From Azolla caroliniana (lineage: Eukaryota; Plantae; Polypodiophyta), in the NCBI GenBank assembly GCA_043228905.1, contig JBHGNT010000004.1, positions 15,810,001 through 15,874,000 of the forward strand: a DNA stretch of 64,000 bases. The letters are read 5' to 3'. Below the pieces are notes generated by a model. It was not told the origin of the DNA. It searched no databases and saw only the letters and a list, made by a program, of their open reading frames with translations. Positions 49,888 through 62,100 of the stretch are shown here, in pieces. Position 1 is the stretch's first letter. The number at the start of each line of letters is the position of its first letter. A program made the position numbers and the translations under genes.

Positions 49888-50450
49888 CTCCTTGTTTCAC
49901 CAATATGCTCAAATATATGAAGATAGTTGAATTCTTGTTCTCCCTAATAGTGTTGTCCAATTGAATGTAGAGAACAGGGGGCAATGGGTGCTCCCAATGC
50001 ATCAAAACCCTTTGAATCACAGTAATTGTAGGGTTGGGGTTGTTGTGGACATTGAGGTAAGTAATGAAGATGTGAGGTTTAACTATCCTATTATAAGCCA
50101 AACAACCCACCATGTGCATCGGAACGAGACATTCATCGTTAATGTCTTTTGGAAGCCTCCTAAGGTGGGCCAGACACGTCTCCTTCTAGTCCATACCATC
50201 AATCATTAGACACATATATAACTCTGGTTTCTTCAACAACTTCTCCCTGTGATACATCGCTTTTTTCCACTCTAGTGCTTGTGCTTCTCGATGGTCCTGC
50301 AACAACATTTTACTAATGTCCTTCTCCTTTGTTGTTTTGGCAGCTTTAGCCATGCTCTTCAAGCTTGCACAAATAGAACAATACCCCATGCGTATTTTCC
50401 AATGTATAACAACATTAGTGAATGGTGTTGACCACAATCTTGTGAACTGA
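49888..50450 (-). pseudogene. Sola/DUF7869-like DDE transposase remnant
   Basis: CSIC..., CLMIDGMD, LYIQLDNTIRENKN, then (across the insertion) FLLIGHTHDHIDQMFS. Superfamily assignment is from motif recall only. Confidence 0.72.
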
Positions 50451-50859
50451 TTGTAGGTGTCATATTTAGCACTTAACGTGAAAATTTAGGAGGTGATGAT
50501 GAAGCAATCTGGTTGCTTATCTTGGGACCAAGTGATCGAAGGCAACCCGACAACGTCCTCCTACAAGGCTTTGTCAGAATATCTTATTGCATTTAATGAT
50601 TGGGTTATTATTTCTCTTTAATTAGGCTTATAAGTATAGTGTATGGTAAACGTATTAAGTATCGGTTCCAATGTTTGGTTGGTATTTGTAGAAACCTTGT
50701 TGAAGTAAGAAGGAAGGGGAATGAAAAGATATACAGGACTTCCCCACTTCCTTTCTTGCACACCTTGAAAGGGTACGTAAAGAAAAGGACCGATGTTTAA
50801 TCAAAGCGTATGACGTTGAAGATGGCGGCACTTTCAAGAAATTTAACCACAAAAATGAT

Positions 50860-51610
50860 CACTCGTGATTTATATTATAATGTTTATTGTGGTGATGTGG
50901 TAGACATGGTCTAGAAGTTGCCAAAGAGAGAGAACACACTCATGATGGCAGATATACCATACGACTTACATATGGCTAGATCATCATATGATGATGAACC
51001 GTTTAGGTTCAAACAATTCAAGGAAATGATTAACGATTTCACAGACTTGACCATAGGATCCTTGTGGAGAATCGTCTTGTTTCATTTGTGGCTCAAGCCT
51101 TGAGATGTCGTTTTGGTTTGGCAAGATTAAGATCAACGTCAATAGAGGACCGACGTTTCGGTTTGTGAATGTCATAGAATATATAGCTGGTGGTTATTTC
51201 GATGAAATTAGAAAACAAAGGAGAAAGAAGCATTTGAACGAGGTTGGGGGTTCAGATCTACTGGTTTATCCAGCAATTACGCGTAAGTTACGACATGTCA
51301 CCACAACAGAATGTGGACTTGTCAACCCTTACTAGAAGCCTTAACGTCTGACAATGTGCCTTATCGAAATGTTTTCAAGCGAAGGTGATTGGATATGTGA
51401 TCTATTCTTTGGCACTGGTATGTTTTTTTAACTATGTTGATTGTGCTCTACAAAACTAAGATCTTCCCATGAGGCTAAGTCATTTTTTTAATTATTTGGT
51501 ATTAGGTAGTACATTTGCATGTGCTTTGAGAATCTTATGAAACACTGTGGCATTGGAGAAGAACGAAGAACAAGTAAACTTCATTAACATGAGGATTACA
51601 ACATTATGGG
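50860..51610 (+). pseudogene. Beta-class DNA amino-methyltransferase (N6-adenine/N4-cytosine type) pseudogene with a spliceosomal intron
   Basis: VYCGDVVDMV*KLPKRENTLMMADIPY (DIPY at 50951-50962). NPY*KP*RL..LIEMFSSEGDWICDLFFGTG (to 51417). GT-AG intron 51418-51505, then STFACALRIL*NTVALEKNEEQVNFINMRI. Catalytic motif IV precedes SAM-binding motif I. Confidence 0.85.
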
Positions 51611-52540
51611 AATGCCTAGATTAGGATAAGGAGTTTGGGGCAAAGCACATCGCAGATACTGAATGTTTCCAAACTGCCTCTGGTGAGCCTATTCCTCCAT
51701 TGGCTGGTGAACTTGGGGAGCTTTTAGAGGACCCCAGAGTAGCTAGCCTAACTGGAGTGGATGATAATGCTCTGTATATACAAATGTTCTTAGAGAGAAC
51801 TTTAAATACAAGCCCTGACAATGGGATAACATGTTCTGGGCATGACCATATAATATCCCGTGGTGAGAATTTACCGTAGTATTCTATACACGTGAATAAG
51901 TGTGAGGGTTAAATGAGAGCGTAAAGAAGGGGAGGATTACTTTTAATCCTCGGGATTGAGACAACCCATTAGGCCAAGTGTGAACTTGCTTGGGGGCCTT
52001 GGGTATCACTATAAATAAGAGGCCTAGCTACCCTCATTTCATCATCTTTTGACTACGTCGAGACTCTGTTCTTGTGGTGGGTCAACTCTTGTAGCTAGCG
52101 CGCTAACACCAAGTACGACTCGACACCACGACAGTGGTATGGGACGTCGATAGAGGCTTGAGTCCATCTCGATCCCTTCGCTCAGGGGTGGTCGGGTGGA
52201 TCAACACCCTTCTTTCTCTCTCTCCGTTCTATCTATATCTATCATTCTTTTATCCTTATCATATGCTTACATTAGGGCATATCTCTAATAGTTGGTTTCA
52301 GAGCCTATGTTCTAATGTTTCTTTTGTTTTCTTTTGTCTTGTTGATTGATGGTGATCGATCGATGTGCGGTTGGCCTTGATCCAGACAACGATCAACAAA
52401 GGAACTTCGGTAACTCTTTCCTTAATTTTTTTTTCTATTTTTTCTTCTCCCATCTAATCATGTATATAGTCTATATGTAATTTTTTTCATTAATTCAATG
52501 ATGTTGTAGTGGTAACTAATTGGTTGTATAAAACATTTAC

Positions 52541-52805
52541 ATATGTGTATGAGGTCAATACCTCATTTGACATATATTGAATATGTGATTAATGTCGTAT
52601 GCGCACCAGGTTAATACCTCAATTGCGTATTATGTTCACATATATATGTTACGTATGCGTATGAGGTCAATACCTCGATTTCATTGTAAATGATATGCGT
52701 TTGGTCTTGTATGCATAAGAGGTCAATACCTCAATTGCGTATTACGATGAACCCTTATTTTTGGATGTTTCGTTTGCGTAGAGGTATATGCCTCGATTAC
52801 GTATC
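52541..52805. repeat. Regularly spaced palindromic motif array
   Basis: GAGGTCAATACCTC-like cores at 52551, 52607, 52663, 52719 and 52781. Confidence 0.85.
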
Positions 52806-53099
52806 TCGATTATATCATTTATGGCTATTTGATGTAACGATTTGTTTAATATACGCATATGTGGTCACGTGTATACGTATTTGATCGTATATATGTGATA
52901 ATATACATGTGCATATAAGTTATTACATGATTTTAATATCAAATGTTTTCCTTTTCGGGGAAAGGATCTTGGTGGCCGTTCTCACATTTTTGTGAGAATG
53001 GCGTTGTCAACATCCCTTTTTTCAACAATTTTTTATTGTTGACATTCCCATTGTTGACTTCGATTTTATTACGTAAAGAAATGCCTATAGCCACAATGA

Positions 53100-53648
53100 T
53101 GTTGAGAGCATAGGGCTTGACCCACTTCATGGTCTAATGGTACATTCTAGAAGTTTCAGGATTATTCCTAAAAACACTATAAAAGGAGGCACAAGGCATT
53201 GTTTTGAACCAAATTGGTTCAACACCAGTCTTAAGCCTCTTAGCCGATTTGTACTTATCTTTCATATAATATAAGAGTTGCTGTCATCATCCTACTTCTC
53301 TCTCTCTTCTCTTCTCACTTCCTCTCTCTCGGGAATCTTACGCAGTCCCGTCCTCTTAGTACTAATAGTACTACTCCTCTTAGTACTAATTCCATCTCTG
53401 CTTTAGTACTATTCCTGACAGTTTGAACCAATTTGGTTCAAAACAATGCCTTGTACCTCCTTTTATAGTGTTTTTAGGAATAATCCTGAAACTTCTAGAA
53501 TGTTCCAGAGAGATCTGGAATATACATCAATTTTCTATGATAAAGCATAAATGAAAATAATATCCTACAAAATACAATTCATAGTCTAATGGTAAGAGCT
53601 CGACCCATGTAGCGTAAGGTCATGGGTTCGAGTCTTGCCATCATGACA
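53100..53648. repeat. Two oppositely oriented chromovirus LTR pieces (53100-53420 +, 53423-53648 -)
   Basis: Both match the LTR at 58686-59124. They create an approximately 81-bp inverted repeat (53142-53222 vs 53423-53503). Confidence 0.85.
53578..53642 (+). promoter_or_regulatory. tRNA-like Pol III module at LTR terminus (copy at 58690-58752 on -)
   Basis: TAGTCTAATGG A-box at 53582 and GGTTCGAGTC B-box at 53625. Confidence 0.72.
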
Positions 53649-54019
53649 CGGTGGTGGTATGGGACGCCAATCGAAGCTCGAGTCTGTCTCGATCCCTTCG
53701 CTCGGGGGTGGTCGGGTGGATTGGCACCCTTCTTTCTCTCTGTCCTTTCTATCTATATCTATCATTCTTTATCTTTATCATATGCTTACATTAGGGCATA
53801 TCTCTAATATAACAAGTACGGACGAGTACTTGAATGTTCATATAATGAGCATTTGACACTAACTCCCCAAATTATTCCTATGAGGAATATCGATCCTAAC
53901 GCCGATCCGGCCTAGCCGATCAGTCTTCGTCTGATCCGGCTCTTGGCTTCTTCACCAGATCCGGCCGAAGTTTATCTTGCTCACTCAACATAGGTTATTG
54001 AGTGGTGGAGTGTTGATAC

Positions 54020-54491
54020 TGTCACAGAAGGGTGGAATGAGGCTAAGTACTAAGAGAGAGCGAGAGCATAAGCAAGATCACAAGATTGTCACGGACAAGT
54101 AGCGAGGCTCAATATTAAAAGATAACGGGGGAGAGAGCATAGATAAGAGAACAAGCAAGAGAGAGAGAAAATAGACAAATGAACAAGAACTGAATTATGC
54201 TTTCGTAACCGGTGTTGTTCACCTTGATTGTAATCAAGGTGCACCCTAGTAGTTATACAAGAATGTGGAATCTAGAAGACTTCTAGAGAGTGCATGGAAA
54301 CTTCTAGAGAGTGCATGAAGATGCATTCTCTGGAAGGTTCTTGAAAGTTCTAGCGATCAATCTATAATGAAATAAGTTGAATCTTATACAATACAATAAT
54401 GCATAGATGGATGTAGCTTAACTGGTAAGGTTTCCCAATAAGACCAGAAGGTCATGGGTTCAACCCCCACCATTCTATGTGGTCTATAACA
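54020..54491 (-). mobile_element. Probable solo LTR with a tRNA-like module near one end (54404-54477, + strand)
   Basis: TGTCAC...TAACA termini, GA-rich tract, TAGCTTAACTGG and GGTTCAACCCC boxes. No clean TSD, so boundaries are uncertain. Confidence 0.5.
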
Positions 54492-55589
54492 AATCTATAC
54501 TGTCCATCCTTTAGGGATGGAGACCCATGGAAGAGTGCAACATACTAAAGGGAGCTTGATGGTAGGTCAATGTTCTTGTAACTAATGAAATCATATTTTC
54601 ATGGACAGAAAAAAAAAACGTGGTTATAGTAGATGTATGATTAGTTGCTCATGAACCCTATCCAATTAGGGTATTCTTGTGCCAATCATCCCAAAAATGT
54701 GGAGGTGCCAAGGAGGTTCAGTTAGATTTCAATGAGCTGATCTAAAATGAGTTGTAAGAAATGTGAGAATGGGTTTATATTGGTATATATCATGAGCAGT
54801 AATTGCAGCGGTGCCGTTATAATAATTATTATTATGTTATGGTTTGTGGTTATGGAGGATGATATAATGCTCTCCCCAATTTTATGATAGAGAAAAAAAC
54901 TCTCCCAATCATATAAAAGGAGAATAATTCTTTTGAGCTTGAATGGGTGTCTAATTTAATATACACATATATAGTCATAAATGCATCTATGGTTTCCCAA
55001 ATTGATTCTTGGCATTATTTTGTTCCAACAAGACATGACTCAAACTTGCAATTCGTGACATTACAACCATTTACTTTACAATAAATTGAGCTAATAGTTC
55101 ATGTTATATGTTTTGTACTCTCTATCTTTTCATTTCATTGTTCAATTGATGTTTGCTCAGTTCATATTTTGAATTTCACATAAAACCATCTATACCTCAT
55201 TTCTTCTCCCTTTGCCTAGGCCACAACATGACAAGGTAGAGCTTTATTTTTGTTTCAATATGGATGACATGAATTCACCCATAGTTGTAATCATGATTTT
55301 GACCTCTAGTAAACGTTAGTATACCTTTCTTTCTTTCTCTTCTTAACATGTTGTGCAAACAAACATGCACATGGAAAGATAGTTTTTTGTTCTAATAGTC
55401 GTATCTTGTTTAAATTACATTAAAGAAGTTGAAGTAAAAGAAAATTATTTTTTTATAAGAGCATCCCACTAAATAATAATTTATTTTCGTAAAACTTTCT
55501 ATTCTAGGAATGTGAGAATGAAGAGCACATTTAATACTGAAAGGTAATGTAAAGGGTATTTGAAGTTGAAAACCTTAATATATATTTGA

Positions 55590-55730
55590 GTATGCATGCA
55601 TGCATGCATGAATGTATGTATGTATGTATGCCTACTTATATATGTATTCGTATATATATGTACTTATGTATGCATGCATGTATATGTATATGTACATGTA
55701 TGTGTATGTATAAATGTATATGTATATAAA
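55590..55730. repeat. Compound (ATGC)n/(ATGT)n/(AT)n microsatellite
   Basis: Directly visible. Confidence 0.9.
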
Positions 55731-56989
55731 GGGCAAGTGTGATGGTCAAAGTTAAACTCTCGTTATGGTTATCCCTTTAAATGTATCTCTCTCATTCTTT
55801 ACATAAATCCACCTAGTTTGAAATCGACCCATTGACTACAATTTTACCAAGTCAAACTATACAAAGTGTGTAAAATGAAAAATTAACAATATTTAGAAAT
55901 TGTTTATCAAAATTATATGATTGAATCCATACATATCTATTACGTGAGACATGAAACAAATAAGCGTCTCGATTTCTGATGTCTTTATGTGAAAATAGAT
56001 CAAACAAATTTTCTTACAATACATTCCTCAAATAAGGTTTTTGTGGGATTCATGATGATATGATAGTAATAGCTTACCACTAGCTTGCTACATTCCTACA
56101 AATGATACATTAGTCACCATTCCATGTACATATATGTGAATGGTTTTGATAGAACATGTCCTTGTACTAAGTGTGGGAAAGCGACAAATATGGCTTCTAA
56201 ATCTCTTTATTTACTTATTTTTGTTTCCTTTATGCTCACTTACACTTCAAAGTTCATACATAAATTTATACTAATTTTAGTTCATGTCTAACTTGTTCCG
56301 TTTGGATTTCCTGCAAGTTTTTTATAATTAATTTCATTGAAAAAACATTACTTTAAATTATTGATACTATGTTAGTTTGTAACTGAATGTATGATTTGGC
56401 ATTCACGCCAAGTAAATTGGAAAACTTAATGGAAGTGATGTCCCAAGATTGGTTACTTTTAGGTTTCAAACAATATTTGACTTTGAGTTTTATTGGTAAA
56501 TAATCTTCATTACCTCGCTCAAAAATACTAATTACGGATGATTTTTATAATGTTAGTAGAAAAAGAAATCATTGATATATGTATCTAAATAATCTTCATA
56601 AGATTGAGTAGGTTCGTGGGGTTATTTTGAAGAAGAAATAGTTTCTGGCTAATAAAAACTTCATGCTATGCAACAAAGAATACCTGCAATAAAAGTACAT
56701 GCAAATGTAGACAATGATGTTAAAAATATCAGCTAGCCATTGTGCATGATGAGCTAGGATAACAAACTATTAATGCTTATTTGTAGACTAAAATTCCAAG
56801 ACAACAAGCTGAAAACGATAATGTGCAAGCTCAACATCTAGAAAACAATGATCATTGGGTTAGGAGATCATCTTTCGTGACATATTTGTTCTTAGGTTGA
56901 TTGTGTCACGGTGACAAACCATAGTGAACAGTCTTGCTTCAAGGAAGGGTTTGGAATCTCCTAAGAAAAATGGTGAACAGTCTTGCGTC

Positions 56990-57570
56990 AAGGATAAACA
57001 CGAAAACAAATGGTGTAAATCCATGCTAAGTATGGAATCTCCTAAGAAAAATGACACTTGGGACTTGGTACATTTGCCAAAAGGGAAGAAAACATTTCTA
57101 TGGAAACGGGTTTACAAGGAGGTGGTCACTTTCGGTTTCTTGCCAAAGTAGTAAGGAAGATTTGTTGCCAAGGGATACAAGCAAGAATATGGAGTTTATA
57201 AATTATTTGGATGAGATCTTCTCTCCTATAGTCAAGATGACTTTATCCAGACCTATTTTGACTTTGATTGCATCTAAAGATATAGAGGTCATACAAATGG
57301 ATGTTAAAATTGCTTTTCTACAGGGCTGATATGTAGCAATCTAAAGGGTTTGTTGCAAAAGTAGAGAGAAGATGGTTTATAAGCTCAAAAAGAGCTTGTA
57401 TGGGTTGAAACAAACACTAAGAGAATCATATATCATAAATTTGATACATTTATTCAATCTCAAGGTTTTCATAAAAGTCATGTGGATCACTAGTGCACCA
57501 AGAAGGTAGAACAACAACTTGATTATCTTGGTTTTGTATGGTGATGACATGCTCATTGCGGGCATCAATA
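56990..57570 (+). pseudogene. Old copia RT remnant
   Basis: KNDTWDLVHLPKGKK, EIFSPIVKM, QMDVKIAFL, LKKSLYGLKQ, LYGDDMLI. Confidence 0.8.
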
Positions 57571-57579
57571 GTCATGCCT

Positions 57580-58025
57580 TGGATTCACGGAAGGAAATTC
57601 TTTAGGGTAACTTTAGGCACAAATTCTCCTGCAGGTATACGCTAGAGCAGAACGGTGTAGCCGAAAGGAAGAACCGGACGATCGAAGAAGCGGCAAGGGC
57701 AATGCTCGAGGAGAAGAGCATGCCCAAGTTCTACTGCGCCGAAGTGGTCATGCGTAAATCATTACGTGCGGAAACATTATGTGACGCACGAAGTACACAT
57801 TCAATTATCCGAAAACACAACAATTAGGTATACGCACATATGAGATACACAGTAAGATAGAGAGACAAAGTGAGAGTAGACAATGAGAAAACTTCTATTA
57901 CAAAAATGATAACGCTCTATACATACAATGTGCTTAGTGAGCACTTTTATACAAACTATGATAGTGGGTTGACACAAGTACCATCCGTACTATAATGCTC
58001 ACATAAGAGCATCTGACACTAATTG
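57580..58025. mobile_element. Copia integrase fragment (+, 57580-57750) followed by a copia LTR fragment
   Basis: EQNGVAERKNRTIEEAARAMLEEKSMPKFY. The LTR motif GAGCACTTTTATACA...ATCTGACACT is shared with 26990-27070 and 59210-59290. Confidence 0.65.
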
Positions 58026-58068
58026 CCTACATTGGACCTATTTAATAAAATAGGTCCACACGGCAAGT

Positions 58069-59124
58069 GTGACATTCCGAACAACTTCTGTAGCCACTCC
58101 GTTATCTCGTGCCGAGGACCATTTGGAGAGGCTACGCAAGATCCAGATGGATCTCTCTACTCACCTTCGTCATGCTCAACACACACAGAAGACTTATGCG
58201 GATCGTCATCGGATTCCCTCCTCTTTTGCCATCGGAGATCGAGTATGGCTCTTACGTCGTCACATCAAGACTACTCGACCGTGTGACAAGTTGGATTATC
58301 GACGACTCGGTCCTTTCCGTATTACGGGGAAGATTAATGATGTCACCTTCCGCCTGGATCTCCCTCCGCAGCTTCAGATACATCCGGTTTTCCATTGTTC
58401 TCTTCTTGAACCTTATAAAGCAAACACCATTCCCGATCGTGTGACACCACCGCCCCCCCCGGAGTATGAAGTTGCTGCCATCCTCGATTCCAAACTTGTT
58501 CGCAACAAACTTTATTACTTGGTCGTTTGGCTCGGTTATAGTCCGAGCGAACGTACTTGGGAACCCGTCGAGAATGTTGCCAATGCACAAGATCTTCTTG
58601 CTGATTTCCACCGAAAGTATCCGGACAAACCCGGTCCGCAATTAGCGCCGACTCGTTCCACTCGTCGTCTTTAAGGGGGAGATAGTGTCATGGCAAGACT
58701 CGAACCCATGACTTTATGCTACATGGGTCGAGCTCTTACCATTAGATTATGAATTGTATTTTGTAGGATATTATTTTCATTTATATTTTATCATAGAAAA
58801 TTGATGTATATTCCAGATCTCTCTGGAATATTCTAGAAGCTTCAGGATTATTCCTAAAAACACTATAAAAGGAGGCACAAGGCATTGTTTTGAACCAAAT
58901 TGGTTCAACGCCAGTCTTAAGCCTCTTAGCCGCTTGTACTTATCTTTTCACATAATATATAACTGCTGTCATCATCTCTCTCTCTCTCTCATTCTCGCTA
59001 TCTCTCTCTCTCTCCTCTTCTCACTTCCTCTCTCGGGAATTTTACGCAGTCCCGTCCTCTTAGTACTAATAGTACTGCTGTTCTTAGTACTAATTCCATC
59101 TCTGTTTTAGTACTATTCTTGACA
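58069..59124 (+). mobile_element. 3' end of a chromovirus (integrase C-terminus with chromodomain, PPT, 3' LTR 58686-59124)
   Basis: GPF motif, HPVFHCSLL, EYEVAAILDS...YYLVVWLGY...TWEP chromodomain (58069-58674). PPT AAGGGGGAGA. Confidence 0.92.
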
Positions 59125-59126
59125 GA

Positions 59127-59159
<33 letters not shown>

Positions 59160-62100
59160 CAGAACGTAATTTCAAAATTATTTTCAGACTCTGTCTCCAC
59201 ACTGTGCTAAGTAGCACTATTTATACAAGTCCTCTTGGGACTGACAGAAGTACCATGTACTTCAATGCTCACACGAGCATCTGACACTTACTACGAGACT
59301 ATAGCTACCTAGTAGTCTATCCTATACTAGGCTTCCGATTGGACTTCCGATTACGGATTGTACCCGGCCTCCACTGCTTGCCGGTTCGGTTGCTCACCGT
59401 CATACCGATCCGTTTCGCCCGATACGTCTCGCTTACCGGCTCCGGCTTATTCAGCCGATCCGGCTCCGGTTGAGCTTGCCGCTCAACACTCCCCCTCAAC
59501 CTCAACCTGAGGTGGGGTTGTAGTGTCGACCTCTGTGGCAGTCAGTTCTTCCAACCGACTTCTGCTGGCGTCACTCCGCCTTGCTCGCGCTCCTCGTCTG
59601 GTCTGGTCCCGTTTGCCGCGACCCCTTTGGTTTTGCGCACCTCGACCCTCTCGGTCGGCATGTCTGCTCAATAGGCCCATCTCAGCACTCACGTTGCTGT
59701 GACTCCGGCGCTTGCCGATCCGTCGGTTCTCCCACGATGGCATCGACTTCCGCTGTGTCTGTGTCCCCTTGGCCTTCAGTCGATCCGACGCATCCGAATC
59801 CATCTGTTGGTCCGAGTCAGTTGTCTCCGACTCGTTCCAGCTCTTGTCTGAATCGGTACACTCCGATTCGACTTCCGGCTTCAGGCCTCTCACCACATCG
59901 GACCACATCCGAGTCTTGGCCTTCTCCATGCTTCCCTCGGCTTCTTCAGCCGGTGAACCGAAATCGAATTCTTCATTCGACTCCGCATCATGGTCAGTGC
60001 CGTCGTGATGACCTCCGCACAGCATGCACTTCTCTTTCTGAGTGCACAACCCTTCTTCACAGCCGCTTGCTCCGACCTGTTCGGATGTGTCGACTTCCTT
60101 CGTCGACTCGGCTTCCTTCATCTTCTTGTCTCCTCTTCTTTCGGCTCTCCTCTTACTGACAGGTTCAACAGTTTTTTGGCCTTTGCCCGTTTCGGTAGAG
60201 ACTTTGCCCTTGCTACTCCCCCTCAAGTGCGGCATGTCGAGATGCTGAATACCAAGCATGTCGGTAAAGTGCTACAACTTGTCCGATCCGAGCGGCTTGG
60301 TGAAGATGTCGGCAACTTGCCGATCCGTATGAACATACCGTAGGTCAACTTCACCGCTCACGCACGAAGTGGTAGTGCACCTCGATGTGCTTTGTGCGAG
60401 CATGGAACACAGGGTTCCTGGCGAGCTGCAGGCTGCTCATGTTATCGCAATAAATCGGGAACGGGGTCGGTACCTCGATCCGCAAGTCTCGCAGCAGTCG
60501 CCGAAGCCAGATGGCTTCACAAGTGGCAACGGTAGCGGCCCGGTACTCAGCCTCAGTGCTTGAAAAAGCCACTATGGGCTGCTTCTTGCTGCTCCAAGCA
60601 ACGGCCGCGCTACCTATGGAGAACATGTATCCGGAAGTGGAGCGGAGATCAGACGCATCGCCGGCCCAATCAGCATCTGTGTAACCAACAAGCTCTTCGG
60701 GTATACCTCGCCGGTATAGCAGTCCCCGGTCCTTAGTGTCGTTGACATACCGTAATATTCGTTGCGCGCACTGAAGGTGCTCCACGGTCGGCTTCTGCAT
60801 GAACTGACTTACAATGCCGACCGGATAGCTGATGTCGGGTCGGGTGATGGTTAAGTAGATCAGGCTTCCGACAACCTGTCGGAACCGTTTCTCATTGCAG
60901 GCCGGTCCGGAGTTGGGACGACGTTTCTGGTTCCGGTCCAGGGGTGTGGAGACAGGTCGGCAATCTATCATGCCGAACTTATACAGCATATTCAACACGT
61001 AATGTTGTTGTGAGAGCAATATGCTGTCGGGGGTCCGGATCACTTCGATCCCAAGAAAATAATGAAGGTCCCCCAAGTCCTTCATTTTGAATGCGTCTAA
61101 CAACTGGGACTTGACGCTGTTGATTTCGGGAAGACCCGGTCCTGTGATGACTAAATCATCCACATACAAGAGTATACATACCGGACCGTCAGAGCCTTGC
61201 CGGATGAACAACGAAGAGTTTGACTTAGAGACAGCAAACCCCAGCTTACGCAACCGGTGCATGATCTTCGCGTTCCAGGCTCGGGGGGCTTGCTTCAAGC
61301 CGTAAAGCGACTTCTTCAGTTGGCATACCGCCGACTTGCTCATCTCCGATTGAAATCCGGGGGGCTGAGTCATAAAGACTTCTTCTTCAAGCTCTCCTTG
61401 AAGGAAGGTGTTCTTCACATCCATCTGGTGAAGATGCCACCCCCTTGCCGCAGCAACCGCCAGTACCACACGAACCGTCGTCATCTTCGCCACAGGAGCG
61501 AAGGTCTCGTCGTAGTCGATTCTGTGGGTCTGCGCGTATCCCTTCGCTACTAACCGGGCTTTGTACCGGTTAACAGAACCTTCGGCGTTGTACTTGACCT
61601 TGTACACCCACTTGCATCCGATCCGTTTACAATGACGGGGAGAATCAACTAGGTCCCAAGTTTCATTGGCATCGAGTGCCCGCATTTCTTCGTCCATAGC
61701 GGCACGCCAATTTGCGTCCTTTCCCGCTTCTGCGTAGCTCTCCGGCTCACGCACTTCTGTTACCTTAGTCATGTACGCATAATGATGCGCCATGTATTCA
61801 TTGTACCCGTACTGCATGACGGGATCCTTATGGCGGGTTGATCGGCGCAACGCACCGTCACCTGATTTGAGGCCCTTCTTGGCCAGTTCGGTCTTCGTTG
61901 CCGAAGATCCGCCTTTCTCCTTCCCGGAGTCGGATACGCACCGATCCGACTCATCGTTGCCGGTTTCGAATTCCGACATCTTCCTCTTCCCCTTCTCTTT
62001 GCGCGTGAACCGTTTCCTTGGTTCCTTGCGCGGGGAGAGCACGGCAGAGTCTCCACCACTTGCCGTCTCTTCATCCGACTGGTCCAACCGACTCAGTCGC

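Larger units (their letters stand above)
51832..53809 (+). mobile_element. Non-autonomous LTR element (5' LTR 51832-52290, Met-type PBS 52293-52305, non-coding interior, partial 3' LTR 53649-53809)
   Basis: TSD TAACA (51827-51831 / 53810-53814). TGGTTTCAGAGCC PBS. Inserted in a copia LTR remnant (about 51800-51831 plus 53810-53990). Confidence 0.82.

Noticed and set aside
52541-52805. CRISPR array
   Set aside because: Eukaryotic transposon context, degenerate short cores, spacers related to one another, and no cas genes.
58069-58674. Host chromodomain gene
   Set aside because: Fused to an integrase C-terminus and followed by a PPT and LTR, so it is a chromovirus.
27595-58752. Functional tRNA genes at the A/B-box modules
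   Set aside because: Acceptor and anticodon stems are incomplete and all copies lie inside LTRs, so they are treated as tRNA-derived modules.
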